Assembly (NCBI RefSeq): GCF_009914755.1
Contig: NC_060939.1
Direction: 5' to 3' (one strand)
Length of the DNA stretch: 64,000 bases
Origin: the human T2T-CHM13v2.0 reference genome, Homo sapiens
The position numbers and the translations under genes were made by a program. Position 1 is the stretch's first letter; each line of letters opens with the position of its first letter. Below the pieces are notes generated by a model that made no database searches, was not told where the DNA came from, and saw only the letters and a list, made by a program, of their open reading frames with translations. Positions 12,901 to 25,800 of the stretch are shown here, piece by piece.

Positions 12901-15900
12901 CCATTGCATTCCATTCCATTCGGTACCATTCCATATTGTTCCATTCGATTCCATTCGAATCCATTCCATTCCAGTCCATTCCATTCGATTCCATTCCATT
13001 CCTTTACATTCCATTCCATTCCATTCCATTCCACTTGATTCCACTCCATTCCCTTCCACTGCATTCCATTCGATTCCATTCCATTGCATTGCATTCCATT
13101 CCATTGGACTGCATTCCATTCGATTCCATTCCATTCGAATCAATTACATAGCAATCCATTACATTCGAGTCTATTCTATTCCGTTCCATTCGATTTCGTT
13201 CCAATCCATTCGATTCCATTCCATTCGATTCCATTCCATACTATTGCATTCCATTCGATTACATTATATTCGAATAAGTTCCATTCAAGACCATTTCTTT
13301 TGAGTCCATTCTATTTGAGTCCATTCCCTTTGATTCCATAACATTTGAGTCCATTCAATTCCATTCCTTTCGTTTCCATTCCATTTGATGCCATTCCATT
13401 CAATTCTGTTCTACTCGACTCCAATACATTCAATTCCATTCCATCCGATTCCATTACATTCTTTTCATTTCTTATCCATTTCAAGCCATTCCACTCCATT
13501 CCATTCCACTCGTTTCCTTTCCATTCGAGTCCATTCCTCTCCAGTCCATTCCGTTCAATCCATTCCATTCCAGTCCATTCCATTCGAGTCCGTTCCATTC
13601 CAGTCCATTCCATTCGAGTCAATTCCATCCCATTCGATGTCTTTCCATAACGATCCATTCCATTCTATTCCTTTCGATTCCATTCCATTCTATTTCATTC
13701 CATTCGATTCCCTTCCATTGGACTCCTTTCCATTCGAGTGCATTCCATTCCATTCCATTTCTTTCCGTTCTGTACGATTCCTACCGTTCGATTTCATTTT
13801 GTTCCAGTCCATTCCTTTCGCGTCCATTCCATTCCATTTCACTCCATTCGATTCCATTCCACTCGATTCCACTTCGATCCATCTCATTGCATTCCATTCT
13901 ATTCAACTCTATTGCCTTCCATTCCATTCCATTCGATTATATTCCATGCGATTCCATTCGAAATCGAATCAATTACATTGCAATCCATTACTATTGAGTC
14001 CATTTTATTCCAGTCCACTGCATTCTGGTCCATTCCATTTGATTCCATTCCATTCTATTCCATTCCATACAGTTGCATTCCATTGGATTCCATTCTATAT
14101 CTATAAATTCAATTCGAGACCATTGCTTTTGAGTCCATTCTATATGATTCCATTCCATTCAAGTCCATTACATTTGGTTCAATTCCATTCCATTCCATTC
14201 CCTTCCATTCCATTCCAGTTGATATCAATCCATTCGATTCCATTCCATTCGAGCACATTCCATTCGAGTCCATTCCATTCGATGCCATTCCATTTGATTC
14301 TATTCCATTAGTCTCCATTCAATTCCATTAATCTCCATTCCATTCCATTCTACTCCAACTGATTCCATTCCATTCTATTCCTTTCCATTCCATTTCATTC
14401 CATTCCATTCCATTTCATTCCATTCCATTCCATTCGCTTCCATTCCATTCGTGTCCATTCCACTCCAGTCCATTCCATTCGTGTCCATTCCATTCCAGTC
14501 CATTCCATTTGTGTCCACTGCATTCCATTCCACTCCATTCCATATTATTCCATTACACTCCATTCCATTCTATTACTTTCATTTCCATTCAATTCCATTC
14601 CATTTGATTCCATTCCACTCGGTTTCATTCCATTTGAGTCCACTCCATTCCATTCCATTCCATTCCATTCAGTTCCTTTCCATTCTGTTCCGTTCCATTC
14701 CATTCTGTTCCATTCCATTCCGTTCCATTGCATTCCATTCCATTCGGTACCATTCCATATTGTTCCATTCGATTCCATTCGAATCCATTCCATTCCAGTC
14801 CATTCCATTCGATTCCATTCCATTCCTTTCAATTCCATTCCATTCCATTCCATTCCACTTGATTCCACTCCATTCCCTTCCACTGCATTCCATTCGATTC
14901 CATTCCATTGCATTGCATTCCATTCCATTGGACTGCATTCCATTCGATTCCATTCCATTCGAATCAATTACATAGCAATCCATTACATTCGAGTCTATTC
15001 TATTCCGTTCCATTCGATTTCGTTCCAATCCATTCGATTCCACTCCATTCGATTCCATTCCATACTATTGCATTCCATTCTATTACATTATATTCGAATA
15101 AGTTCCATTCAAGACCATTTCTTTTGAGTCCATTCTATTTGAGTCCATTCCCTTTGATTCCATAACATTTGAGTCCATTCAATTCCATTCCTTTCGTTTC
15201 CATTCCATTTGATGCCATTCCATTCAATTCTGTTCTACTCGACTCCAATACATTCAATTCCATTCCATCCGATTCCATTACATTCTTTTCATTTCTTATC
15301 CATTTCAAGCCATTCCACTCCACTCCATTCCACTCGTTTCCTTTCCATTCGAGTCCATTCCTCTCCAGTCCATTCCGTTCAATCCATTCCATTCCAGTCC
15401 ATTCCATTCGAGTCCGTTCCATTCCAGTCCATTCCATTCGAGTCAATTCCATCCCATTCGATATCTTTCCATAACGATCCATTCCATTCTATTCCTTTCG
15501 ATTCCATTCCATTCTATTTCATTCCATTCGATTCCCTTCCATTGGACTCCTTTCCATTCGAGTGCATTCCATTCCGTTCCATTTCTTTCCGTTCTGTACG
15601 ATTCCTACCGTTCGATTTCATTTTGTTCCAGTCCATTCCTTTCGCGTCCATTCCATTCCATTTCACTCCATTCGATTCCATTCCACTCGATTCCACTTCG
15701 TTCCATTTCATTGCATTCCATTCTATTCAACTCTATTGCCTTCCATTCCATTCCATTCTATTACATTCCATGCGATTCCATTCGAAATCGAATCAATTAA
15801 ATTGCAATCCATTACTATTCAGTCCGTTTTATTCCAGTCCACTGCATTCTGGTCCATTCCATTTGATTCCATTCCATTTTATTCCATTCCATACAGTTGC

Positions 15901-18900
15901 ATTCCATTGGATTCCATGCTATATCTATAAATTCAATTCGAGACCATTGCTTTTGAGTCCATTCTATATGTTTCCATTCCATTCAAGTCCATTACATTTG
16001 GTTCAATTCCATTCCATTCCATTCCCTTCCATTCCATTCCAGTTGATATCAATCCATTCGATTCCATTCCATTCGAGCACATTCCATTCGAGTCCATTCC
16101 ATTCGATGCCATTCCATTTGATTCTATTCCATTAGTCTCCATTCAATTCCATTAATCTCCATTCCATTCCATTCTACTCCAACTGATTCCATTCCATTGT
16201 ATTCCTTTCCATTCCATTTCATTCCATTCCATTCCATTTCATTCCATTCCATTCCATTCGTGTCCCTTCCACTCCAGTCCATTCCATTCGTGTCCATTCC
16301 ATTCCAGTCCATTCCGTTTGTGTCCACTGCATTCCATTCCACTCCATTCCATATTATTCCATTACACTGCATTCCATTCTATTACTTTCATTTCCATTCA
16401 ATTCCATTCCATTTGATTCCATTCCACTCGGTTTCATTCCATTTGAGTCCACTCCATTCCATTCCATTCCATTCAGTTCCATTCCATTCTGTTCCATTCC
16501 ATTCCGTTCCATTACATTCCATTCCATTCGGTACCATTCCATATTGTACCATTCCATATTGTTCCATTCGATTCCATTCGAATCCATTCCATTCCAGTCC
16601 ATTCCATTCGATTCCATTCCATTCATTTCAATTCCATTCCATTCCATTCCATTCCATTCCATTCCACTTGATTCCTCTCCATTCCCTTCCACTGCATTCC
16701 GTTCGATTCCATTCCATTGCATTGCATTCCATTCCATTGGATTGCATTCCACTCGATTCCATTCCATTCGAATCAATTACATAGCAATCCATTACATTCG
16801 AGTCTATTCTATTCCGTTCCATTCGATTTCGTTCCAATCCATTCGATTCCATTCCATTCGATTCCATTCCATACTATTGCATTCCATTCGATTACATTAT
16901 ATTCGAATAAGTTCCATTCAAGACCATTTCTTTTGAGTCCATTCTATTTGAGTCCATTCCCTTTGATTCCATAACATTTGAGTCCATTCAATTCCATTCC
17001 TTTCGTTTCCATTCCATTTGATGCCATTCCATTCAATTCTGTTCTACTCGACTCCAATACATTCAATTCCATTCCATCCGATTCCATTACATTCTTTTCA
17101 TTTCTTATCCATTTCAAGCCATTCCACTCCATTCCATTCCACTCGTTTCCTTTCCATTCGAGTCCATTCCTCTCCAGTCCATTCCGTTCAATCCATTCCA
17201 TTCCAGTCCATTCCATTCGAGTCCGTTCCATTCCAGTTCATTCCATTCGAGTCAATTCCATCCCATTCGATGTCTTTCCATAACGATCCATTCCATTCTA
17301 TTCCTTTCGATTCCATTCCATTCTATTTCATTCCATTCGATTCCCTTCCATTGGACTCCTTTCCATTCGAGTGCATTCCATTCCGTTCCATTTCTTTCCG
17401 TTCTGTACGATTCCTACCGTTCGATTTCATTTTGTTCCAGTCCATTCCTTTCGCGTCCATTCCATTCCATTTCACTCCATTCGATTCCATTCCATTTCAC
17501 TCCATTCGATTCCATTCCACTCGATTCCACTTCGTTCCATTTCATTGCATTCCATTCTATTCAACTCTATTGCCTTCCATTCCCTTCCATTCGATTACAT
17601 TCCATGCGATTCCATTCGAAATCGAATCAATTACATTGCAATCCATTACTATTGAGTCCGTTTTATTCCAGTCCACTGCATTCTGGTCCATTCCATTTGA
17701 TTCCATTCCATTCTATTCCATTCCATACAGTTGCATTCCATTGGATTCCATTCTATTTCTATAAATTCAATTCGAGACCATTGCTTTTGAGTCCATTCTA
17801 TATGATTCCATTCCATTCAAGTCCATTACATTTGGTTCAATTCCATTCCATTTCATTCCCTTCAATTCCATTCCATTTGATATCAATCCATTCGATTCCA
17901 TTCCATTCGAGCACATTCCATTCGAGTCCATTCCATTCGATGCCATTCCATTTGATTCTATTCCATTAGTCTCCATTCAATTCCATTAATCTCCATTCCA
18001 TTCCATTCTACTCCAACTGATTCCATTCCATTCTATTCCTTTCCATTCCATTTCATTCCATTCCATTCCATTTCATTCCATTCCATTCCATTCCCTTCAT
18101 TCCATTCGTGTCCATTCCACTCCAGTCCATTCCATTCGTGTCCATTCCATTCCAGTCCATTCCATTTGTGTCCACTGCATTCCATTCCACTCCATTCCAT
18201 ATTATTCCATTACACTCTCTTCCATTCTATTACTTTCATTTCCATTCAATTCCATTCCATTTGATTCCATTCCACTCGGTTTCATTCCATTTGAGTCCAC
18301 TCCATTCCATTCCATTCCATTCCATTCAGTTCCATTCCATTCTGTTCCATTCCATTCCGTTCCATTACATTCCATTCCATTCGGTACCATTCCATATTGT
18401 TCCATTCGATTCCATTCGAATCCATTCCATTCCAGTCCATTCCATTCGATTCCATTCCATTCATTTCAATTCCATTCCATTCCATTCCATTACATTCCAC
18501 TTGATTCCTCTCCATTCCCTTCCACTGCATTCCGTTCGATTCCATTCCATTGCATTGCATTCCATTGCATTGTATTGCATTCCATTCGATTCCATTCCAT
18601 TCGAATCAATTACATAGCAATCCATTACATTCGAGTCTATTCTATTCCGTTCCATTCGATTTCGTTCCAATCCATTCGATTCCATTCCATTCGATTCCAT
18701 TCCATACTATTGCATTCCATTCGATTACATTATATTCGAATAAGTTCCATTCAAGACCATTTCTTTTGAGTCCATTCTATTTGAGTCCATTCCCTTTGAT
18801 TCCATAACATTTGAGTCCATTCAATTCCATTCCTTTCGTTTCCATTCCATTTGATGCCATTCCATTCAATTCTGTTCTACTCGACTCCAATACATTCAAT

Positions 18901-19910
18901 TCCATTCCATCCGATTCCATTACATTCTTTTCATTTCTTATCCATTTCAAGCCATTCCACTCCATTCCATTCCACTCGTTTCCTTTCCATTCGAGTCCAT
19001 TCCTCTCCAGTCCATTCCGTTCAATCCATTCCATTCCAGTCCATTCCATTCGAGTCCGTTCCATTCCAGTTCATTCCATTCGAGTCAATTCCATCCCATT
19101 CGATGTCTTTCCATAACGATCCATTCCATTCTATTCCTTTCGATTCCATTCCATTCTATTTCATTCCATTCGATTCCCTTACATTGGACTCCTTTCCATT
19201 CGAGTGCATTCCATTCCGTTCCATTTCTTTCCGTTCTGTACGATTCCTACCGTTCGATTTCATTTTGTTCCAGTCCATTCCTTTCGCGTCCATTCCATTC
19301 CATTTCACTCCATTCGATTCCATTCCACTCGATTCCACTTCGTTCCATTTAATTGCATTCCATTCTATTCAACTCTGTTGCCTTCCATTCCATTCCATTC
19401 GATTACATTCCATGCGATTCCATTTGAAATCGAATCAATTACATTGCAATCCATTACTATTGAGTCCGTTTTTTTCCAGTCCACTGCATTCTGGTCCATT
19501 CCGTTTGATTCCATTCCATTCTATTAGATTTCACACAGTTGCATTCCATTGGATTCCATTCTATATCTTTAAATTCAATTCGAGACCATTGCTTTTGAGT
19601 CCATTCTATATGATTCCATTCCATTCAATTCCATTACATTTGGATCAATTCCATTCCATTCCATTCCCTTCCATTCCATTCCAATTGATATCAATCCATT
19701 CGATTCCATTCCATTCGAGCACATTCCATTCGAGTCCATTCCATTCGATGCCATTCCATTTGATTCTATTCCATTAGTCTCCATTCAATTCCATTATTCT
19801 CCATTAAATTCCATTCTACTCCAACTGATTCCATTCCATTCTATTCCTTTCCATTCCATTTCATTCCATTGCATTCCATTTCATTCCATTCCATTCCATT
19901 CGTGTCCATT

Positions 19911-21670
19911 CCACTCCAGTCCATTCCATTCGTGTCCATTCCATTCCAGTCCATTACATTTGTGTCCACTGCATTCCATTCCACTCCATTCCATATTATT
20001 CCATTACACTCCATTCCATTCTATTACTTTCATTTCCATTCAATTCCATTCCATTTGATTCCATTCCACTCGGTTTCATTCCATTTGAGTCCACTCCATT
20101 CCATTCCATTCCATTCCATTCACTTCCATTCCATTCTGTCCCATTCCATTCCGTTCCATTGCATTCCATTCCATTCGGTACCATTCCATATTGTTCCATT
20201 CGATTCCATTCGAATCCATTCCATTCCAGTCCATTCCATTCGATTCCATTCCATTCCTTTCAATTCCATTCCATTCCATTCCATTCCACTTGATTCCACT
20301 CCATTCCCTTCCACTGCATTCCATTCGATTCCATTCCATTGTATTGCATTCCATTCGATTGGATTTCATTCCATTCGATTCTATTCCATTCGAATCAATT
20401 ACATAGCAGTCCATTACATTTGAGTCTATTCTATTCCTTTCCATTCGATTTCGTTCCAATCAATTCGATTCCATTCCATTCGATTCCATTCCATACTATT
20501 GCATTCCATTCTATTACATTATATTCGAATAAGTTCCATTCAAGACCATTTGTTTTGAGTCCATTCTATTTGAGTCCATTCCCTTTGATTCCATAACATT
20601 TGAGTCCATTCAATTCCATTCCTTTCGTTTCCATTCCATTTGATGCCATTCCGTTCAATTCTGTTCTACTCGACTCCAATACATTCAATTCCATTCCATC
20701 CGATTCCATTACATTCTTTTCATTTCTTCTCCATTTCAAGCCATTCCACTCCATTCCATTCCACTCGTTTCCTTTCCATTCGAGTCCATTCCACTCCAGT
20801 CCATTCCATTCATGTCCAATCCATTCCAGTCCATTCCATTTCTGTCCACTGCATTCCATTCCACTCCATTCCATATTATTCCATTACACTCCATTCCATT
20901 CTATTACTTTCATTTCCATTCAATTCCATTCCATTTGATTCCATTCCACTCGGTTTCATTCCATTTGAGTCCACTCCATTCCATTCCATTCCATTCCATT
21001 CACTTCCATTCCATTCTGTCCCATTCCATTCCGTTCCATTGCATTCCATTCCATTCGGTACCATTCCATATTGTTCCATTCGATTCCATTCGAATCCATT
21101 CCATTCCAGTCCATTCCATTCGATTCCATTCCATTCCTTTCAATTCCATTCCATTCCATTCCATTCCACTTGATTCCACTCCATTCCCTTCCACTGCATT
21201 CCATTCGATTCCATTCCATTGCATTGCATTCCATTCCATTGGACTGCATTCCATTCGATTCCATTCTTTTCGAATCAATTACATAGCAATCCATTACATT
21301 CGAGTCTATTCTTTTCCGTTCCATTCGATTTCGTTCCAATCCATTCGATTCCATTCCATTCGATTCCATTCCATACTATTGCATTCCATTCTATTACATT
21401 ATATTCGAATAAGTTCCATTCAAGACCATTTCTTTTGAGTCCATTCTATTTGAGTCCATTCCCTTTGATTCCATAACATTTGAGTCCATTCAATTCCATT
21501 CCTTTCGTTTCCATTCCATTTGATGCCATTCCATTCAATTCTGTTCTACTCGACTCCAATACATTCAATTCCATTCCATCCGATTCCATTACATTCTTTT
21601 CATTTCTTATCCATTTCAAGCCATTCCACTCCATTCCATTCCACTCGTTTCCTTTCCATTCGAGTCCATT
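19911..21670 (+). repeat. 880-bp partial-unit tandem duplication (truncated unit, junction at ~20784-20792)
   Basis: The anchor spacing 20600->21480 and the KpnI spacing 20177->21057 are both 880 bp. Both copies carry the variant CACTTCCATTCCATTCTGTCCC (20121 and 21001), which I did not see elsewhere. Confidence 0.9.
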
Positions 21671-22899
21671 CCTCTCCAGTCCATTCCGTTCAATCCATTC
21701 CATTCCAGTCCATTCCATTCGAGTCCGTTCCATTCCAGTCCATTCCATTCGAGTCAATTCCATTCCATTCGATGTCTTTCCATAACGATCCATTCCATTC
21801 TATTCCTTTCGATTCCATTCCATTCTATTTCATTCCATTCGATTCCCTTCCATTGGACTCCTTTCCATTCGAGTGCATTCCATTCTGTTCCATTTCTTTC
21901 CGTTCTGTACGATTCCTACTGTTCGATTTCATTTTGTTCCAGTCCATTCCTTTCGCGTCCATTCCATTCCATTTCACTCCATTCGATTCCATTCCACTCG
22001 ATTCCACTTCGTTCCATTTCATTGCATTCCATTCTATTCAACTCCATTGCCTTCCTTTCCATTCCATTCGATTACATTCCATGCGATTCCATTCGAAATC
22101 GAATAAATTACATTGCAATCCATTACTATTGAGTCCGTTTTATTCCAGTCCACTGCATTCTGGTCCATTCCATTTGATTCCATTCCATTCTATTCCATTC
22201 CATACAGTTACATTCCATTGGATTCCATTCTATATCTATAAATTCAATTCGAGCTCATTGCTTTGGAGTCCATTCTATATGATTCCATTCCATTGAAGTC
22301 CATTACATTTGGTTCAATTCCATTCCATTCCATTCCCTTCCATTCCATTCCAGTTGATATCAATCCATTCGATTCCATTCCATTCGAGCACATTCCATTC
22401 GAGTCCATTCCATTCGATGCCTTTCCATTTGATTCTATTCCATTAGTCTCCATTCAATTCCATTAATCTCCATTCCATTCCATTCTACTCCAACTGATTC
22501 CATTCCATTCTATTCCTTTCCATTCCATTTCATTCCATTCCATTCCATTTCATTCCATTCCATTCCATTCGCTTCCATTCCATTCGTGTCCATTCCACTC
22601 CAGTCCATTCCATTCATGTCCATTCCATTCCAGTCCATTCCATTTGTGTCCACTGCATTCCATTCCACTCCATTCCATATTATTCCATTACACTCCATTC
22701 CATTCTATTACTTTCATTTCCATTCAATTCCATTCCATTTGATTCCATTCCACTCGGTCTCATTCCATTTGAGTCCACTCCATTCCATTCCATTCCATTC
22801 CATTCAGTTCCATTCCATTCTGTTCCAATCCATTCCATTCCATTGCATTCCATTCCATTCGGTACCATTCCATATTGTTCCATTCGATTCCATTCGAAT

Positions 22900-25800
22900 C
22901 CATTCCATTCCAGTCCATTCCATTCGATTCCATTCCATTCATTTCAATTCCATTCCATTCCATTCCATTACATTCCACTTGATTCCTCTCCATTCCCTTC
23001 CCCTGCATTCCGTTCGATTCCATTCCATTGCATTGCATTCCGTTCCATTGGATTGCATTCCATTCGATTCCATTCCATTCGAATCAATTACATAGCAATC
23101 CATTACATTCGAGTCTATTCTCTTCCGTTCCATTCGATTTCGTTCCAATCCATTCGATTCCATTCCATTCGATTCCATTCCATACTATTGCATTCCATTC
23201 GATTACATTATATTCGAATAAGTTCCATTCAAGACCATTTCTTTTGAGTCCATTCTATTTGAGTCCATTCCCTTTGATTCCATAACATTTGAGTCCATTC
23301 AATTCCATTCCTTTCGTTTCCATTCCATTTGATGCCATTCCATTCAATTCTGTTCTACTCGACTCCAATACATTCAATTCCATTCCATCCGATTCCATTA
23401 CATTCTTTTCATTTCTTATCCATTTCAAGCCATTCCACTCCATTCCATTCCACTCGTTTCCTTTCCATTCGAGTCCATTCCTCTCCAGTCCATTCCGTTC
23501 AATCCATTCCATTCCAGTCCATTCCATTCGAGTCCGTTCCATTCCAGTCCATTCCATTCGAGTCAATTCCATTCCATTCGATGTCTTTCCATAACGATCC
23601 ATTCCATTCTATTCCTTTCGATTCCATTCCATTCTATTTCATTCCATTCGATTCCCTTCCATTGGACTCCTTTCCATTCGAGTGCATTCCATTCCGTTCC
23701 ATTTCTTTCCGTTCTGTACAATTCCTACCGTTCGATTTCATTTTGTTCCAGTCCATTCTTTCGCGTCCATTCCATTCCATTTCACTCCATTCGATTCCAT
23801 TCCACTCGATTCCACTTCGTTCCATTTCATTGCATTCCATTCTATTCAACTCTATTGCCTTCCATTCCATTCCATTCCATTACATTCCATGCGATTCCAT
23901 TCGAAATCGAATCAATTACATTGCAATCCATTACTATTGAGTCCGTTTTATTCCAGTCCACTGCATTCTGGTCCATTCCATTTGATTCCATTCCATTCTA
24001 TTCCATTCCATACAGTTGCATTCCATTGGATTCCATGCTATATCTATAAATTCAATTCGAGACCATTGCTTTTGAGTCCATTCTATATGATTCCATTCCA
24101 TTCAAGTCCATTACATTTGGTTAAATTCCATTCCATTCGGTTCAATTCCATTCCATTCCATTCCCTTCCATTCCATTCCAGTTGATATCAATCCATTCGA
24201 TTCCATTCCATTCGAGCACATTCCATTCGAGTCCATTCCATTTGATTCTATTCCATTAGTCTCCATTCAATTCCATTAATCTCCATTCCATTCCATTCTA
24301 CTCCAACTGATTCCATTCCATTCTATTCCTTTCCATTCCATTTCATTCCATTCCATTCCATTCCATTCCATTCCATTCCACTCCATTCGTGTCCATTCCA
24401 CTCCAGTCCATTCCATTCGTATCCATTCCATTCCAGTCCATTCCATTTGTGTCCACTGCATTCCATTCCACTCCATTCCATATTATTCCATTACACTCCA
24501 TTCCATTCTATTACTTTCATTTCCATTCAATTCCATTCCATTTGATTCCATTCCACTCGGTTTCATTCCATTTGAGTCCACTCCATTCCATTCCATTCCA
24601 TTCAGTTCCATTCCATTCTGTTCCATTCCATTCCGTTCCATTACATTCCATTCCATTCGGTACCATTCCATATTGTTCCATTCGATTCCATTCGAATCCA
24701 TTCCATTCCAGTCCATTCCATTCGATTCCATTCCATTCATTTCAATTCCATTCCATTCCATTCCATTACATTCCACTTGATTCCTCTCCATTCCCTTCCA
24801 CTGCATTCCGTTCGATTCCATTCCATTGCATTGCATTCCATTCCATTGGATTGCATTCCATTCGATTCCATTCCATTCGAATCAATTACATAGCAATCCA
24901 TTACATTCGAGTCTATTCTATTCCGTTCCATTCGATTTCGTTCCAATCCATTCGATTCCATTCCATTCGATTCCATTCCATACTATTGCATTCCATTCGA
25001 TTACATTATATTCGAATAAGTTCCATTCAAGACCATTTCTTTTGAGTCCATTCTATTTGAGTCCATTCCCTTTGATTCCATAACATTTGAGTCCATTCAA
25101 TTCCATTCCTTTCGTTTCCATTCCATTTGATGCCATTCCATTCAATTCTGTTCTACTCGACTCCAATACATTCAATTCCATTCCATCCGATTCCATTACA
25201 TTCTTTTCATTTCTTATCCATTTCAAGCCATTCCACTCCATTCCATTCCACTCGTTTCCTTTCCATTCGAGTCCATTCCTCTCCAGTCCATTCCGTTCAA
25301 TCCATTCCATTCCAGTCCATTCCATTCGAGTCCGTTCCATTCCAGTCCATTCCATTCGAGTCAATTCCATTCCATTCGATGTCTTTCCATAACGATCCAT
25401 TCCATTCTATTCCTTTCGATTCCATTCCATTCTATTTCATTCCATTCGATTCCCTTCCATTGGACTCCTTTCCATTCGAGTGCATTCCATTCCGTTCCAT
25501 TTCTTTCCGTTCTGTACGATTCCTACCGTTCGATTTCATTTTGTTCCAGTCCATTCTTTCGCGTCCATTCCATTCCATTTCACTCCATTCGATTCCATTC
25601 CACTCGATTCCACTTCGTTCCATTTCATTGCATTCCATTCTATTCAACTCTATTGCCTTCCATTCCATTCCATTCGATTACATTCCATGCGATTCCATTC
25701 GAAATCGAATCAATTACATTGCAATCCATTACTATTGAGTCCGTTTTATTCCAGTCCACTGCATTCTGGTCCATTCCATTTGATTCCATTCCATTCTATT

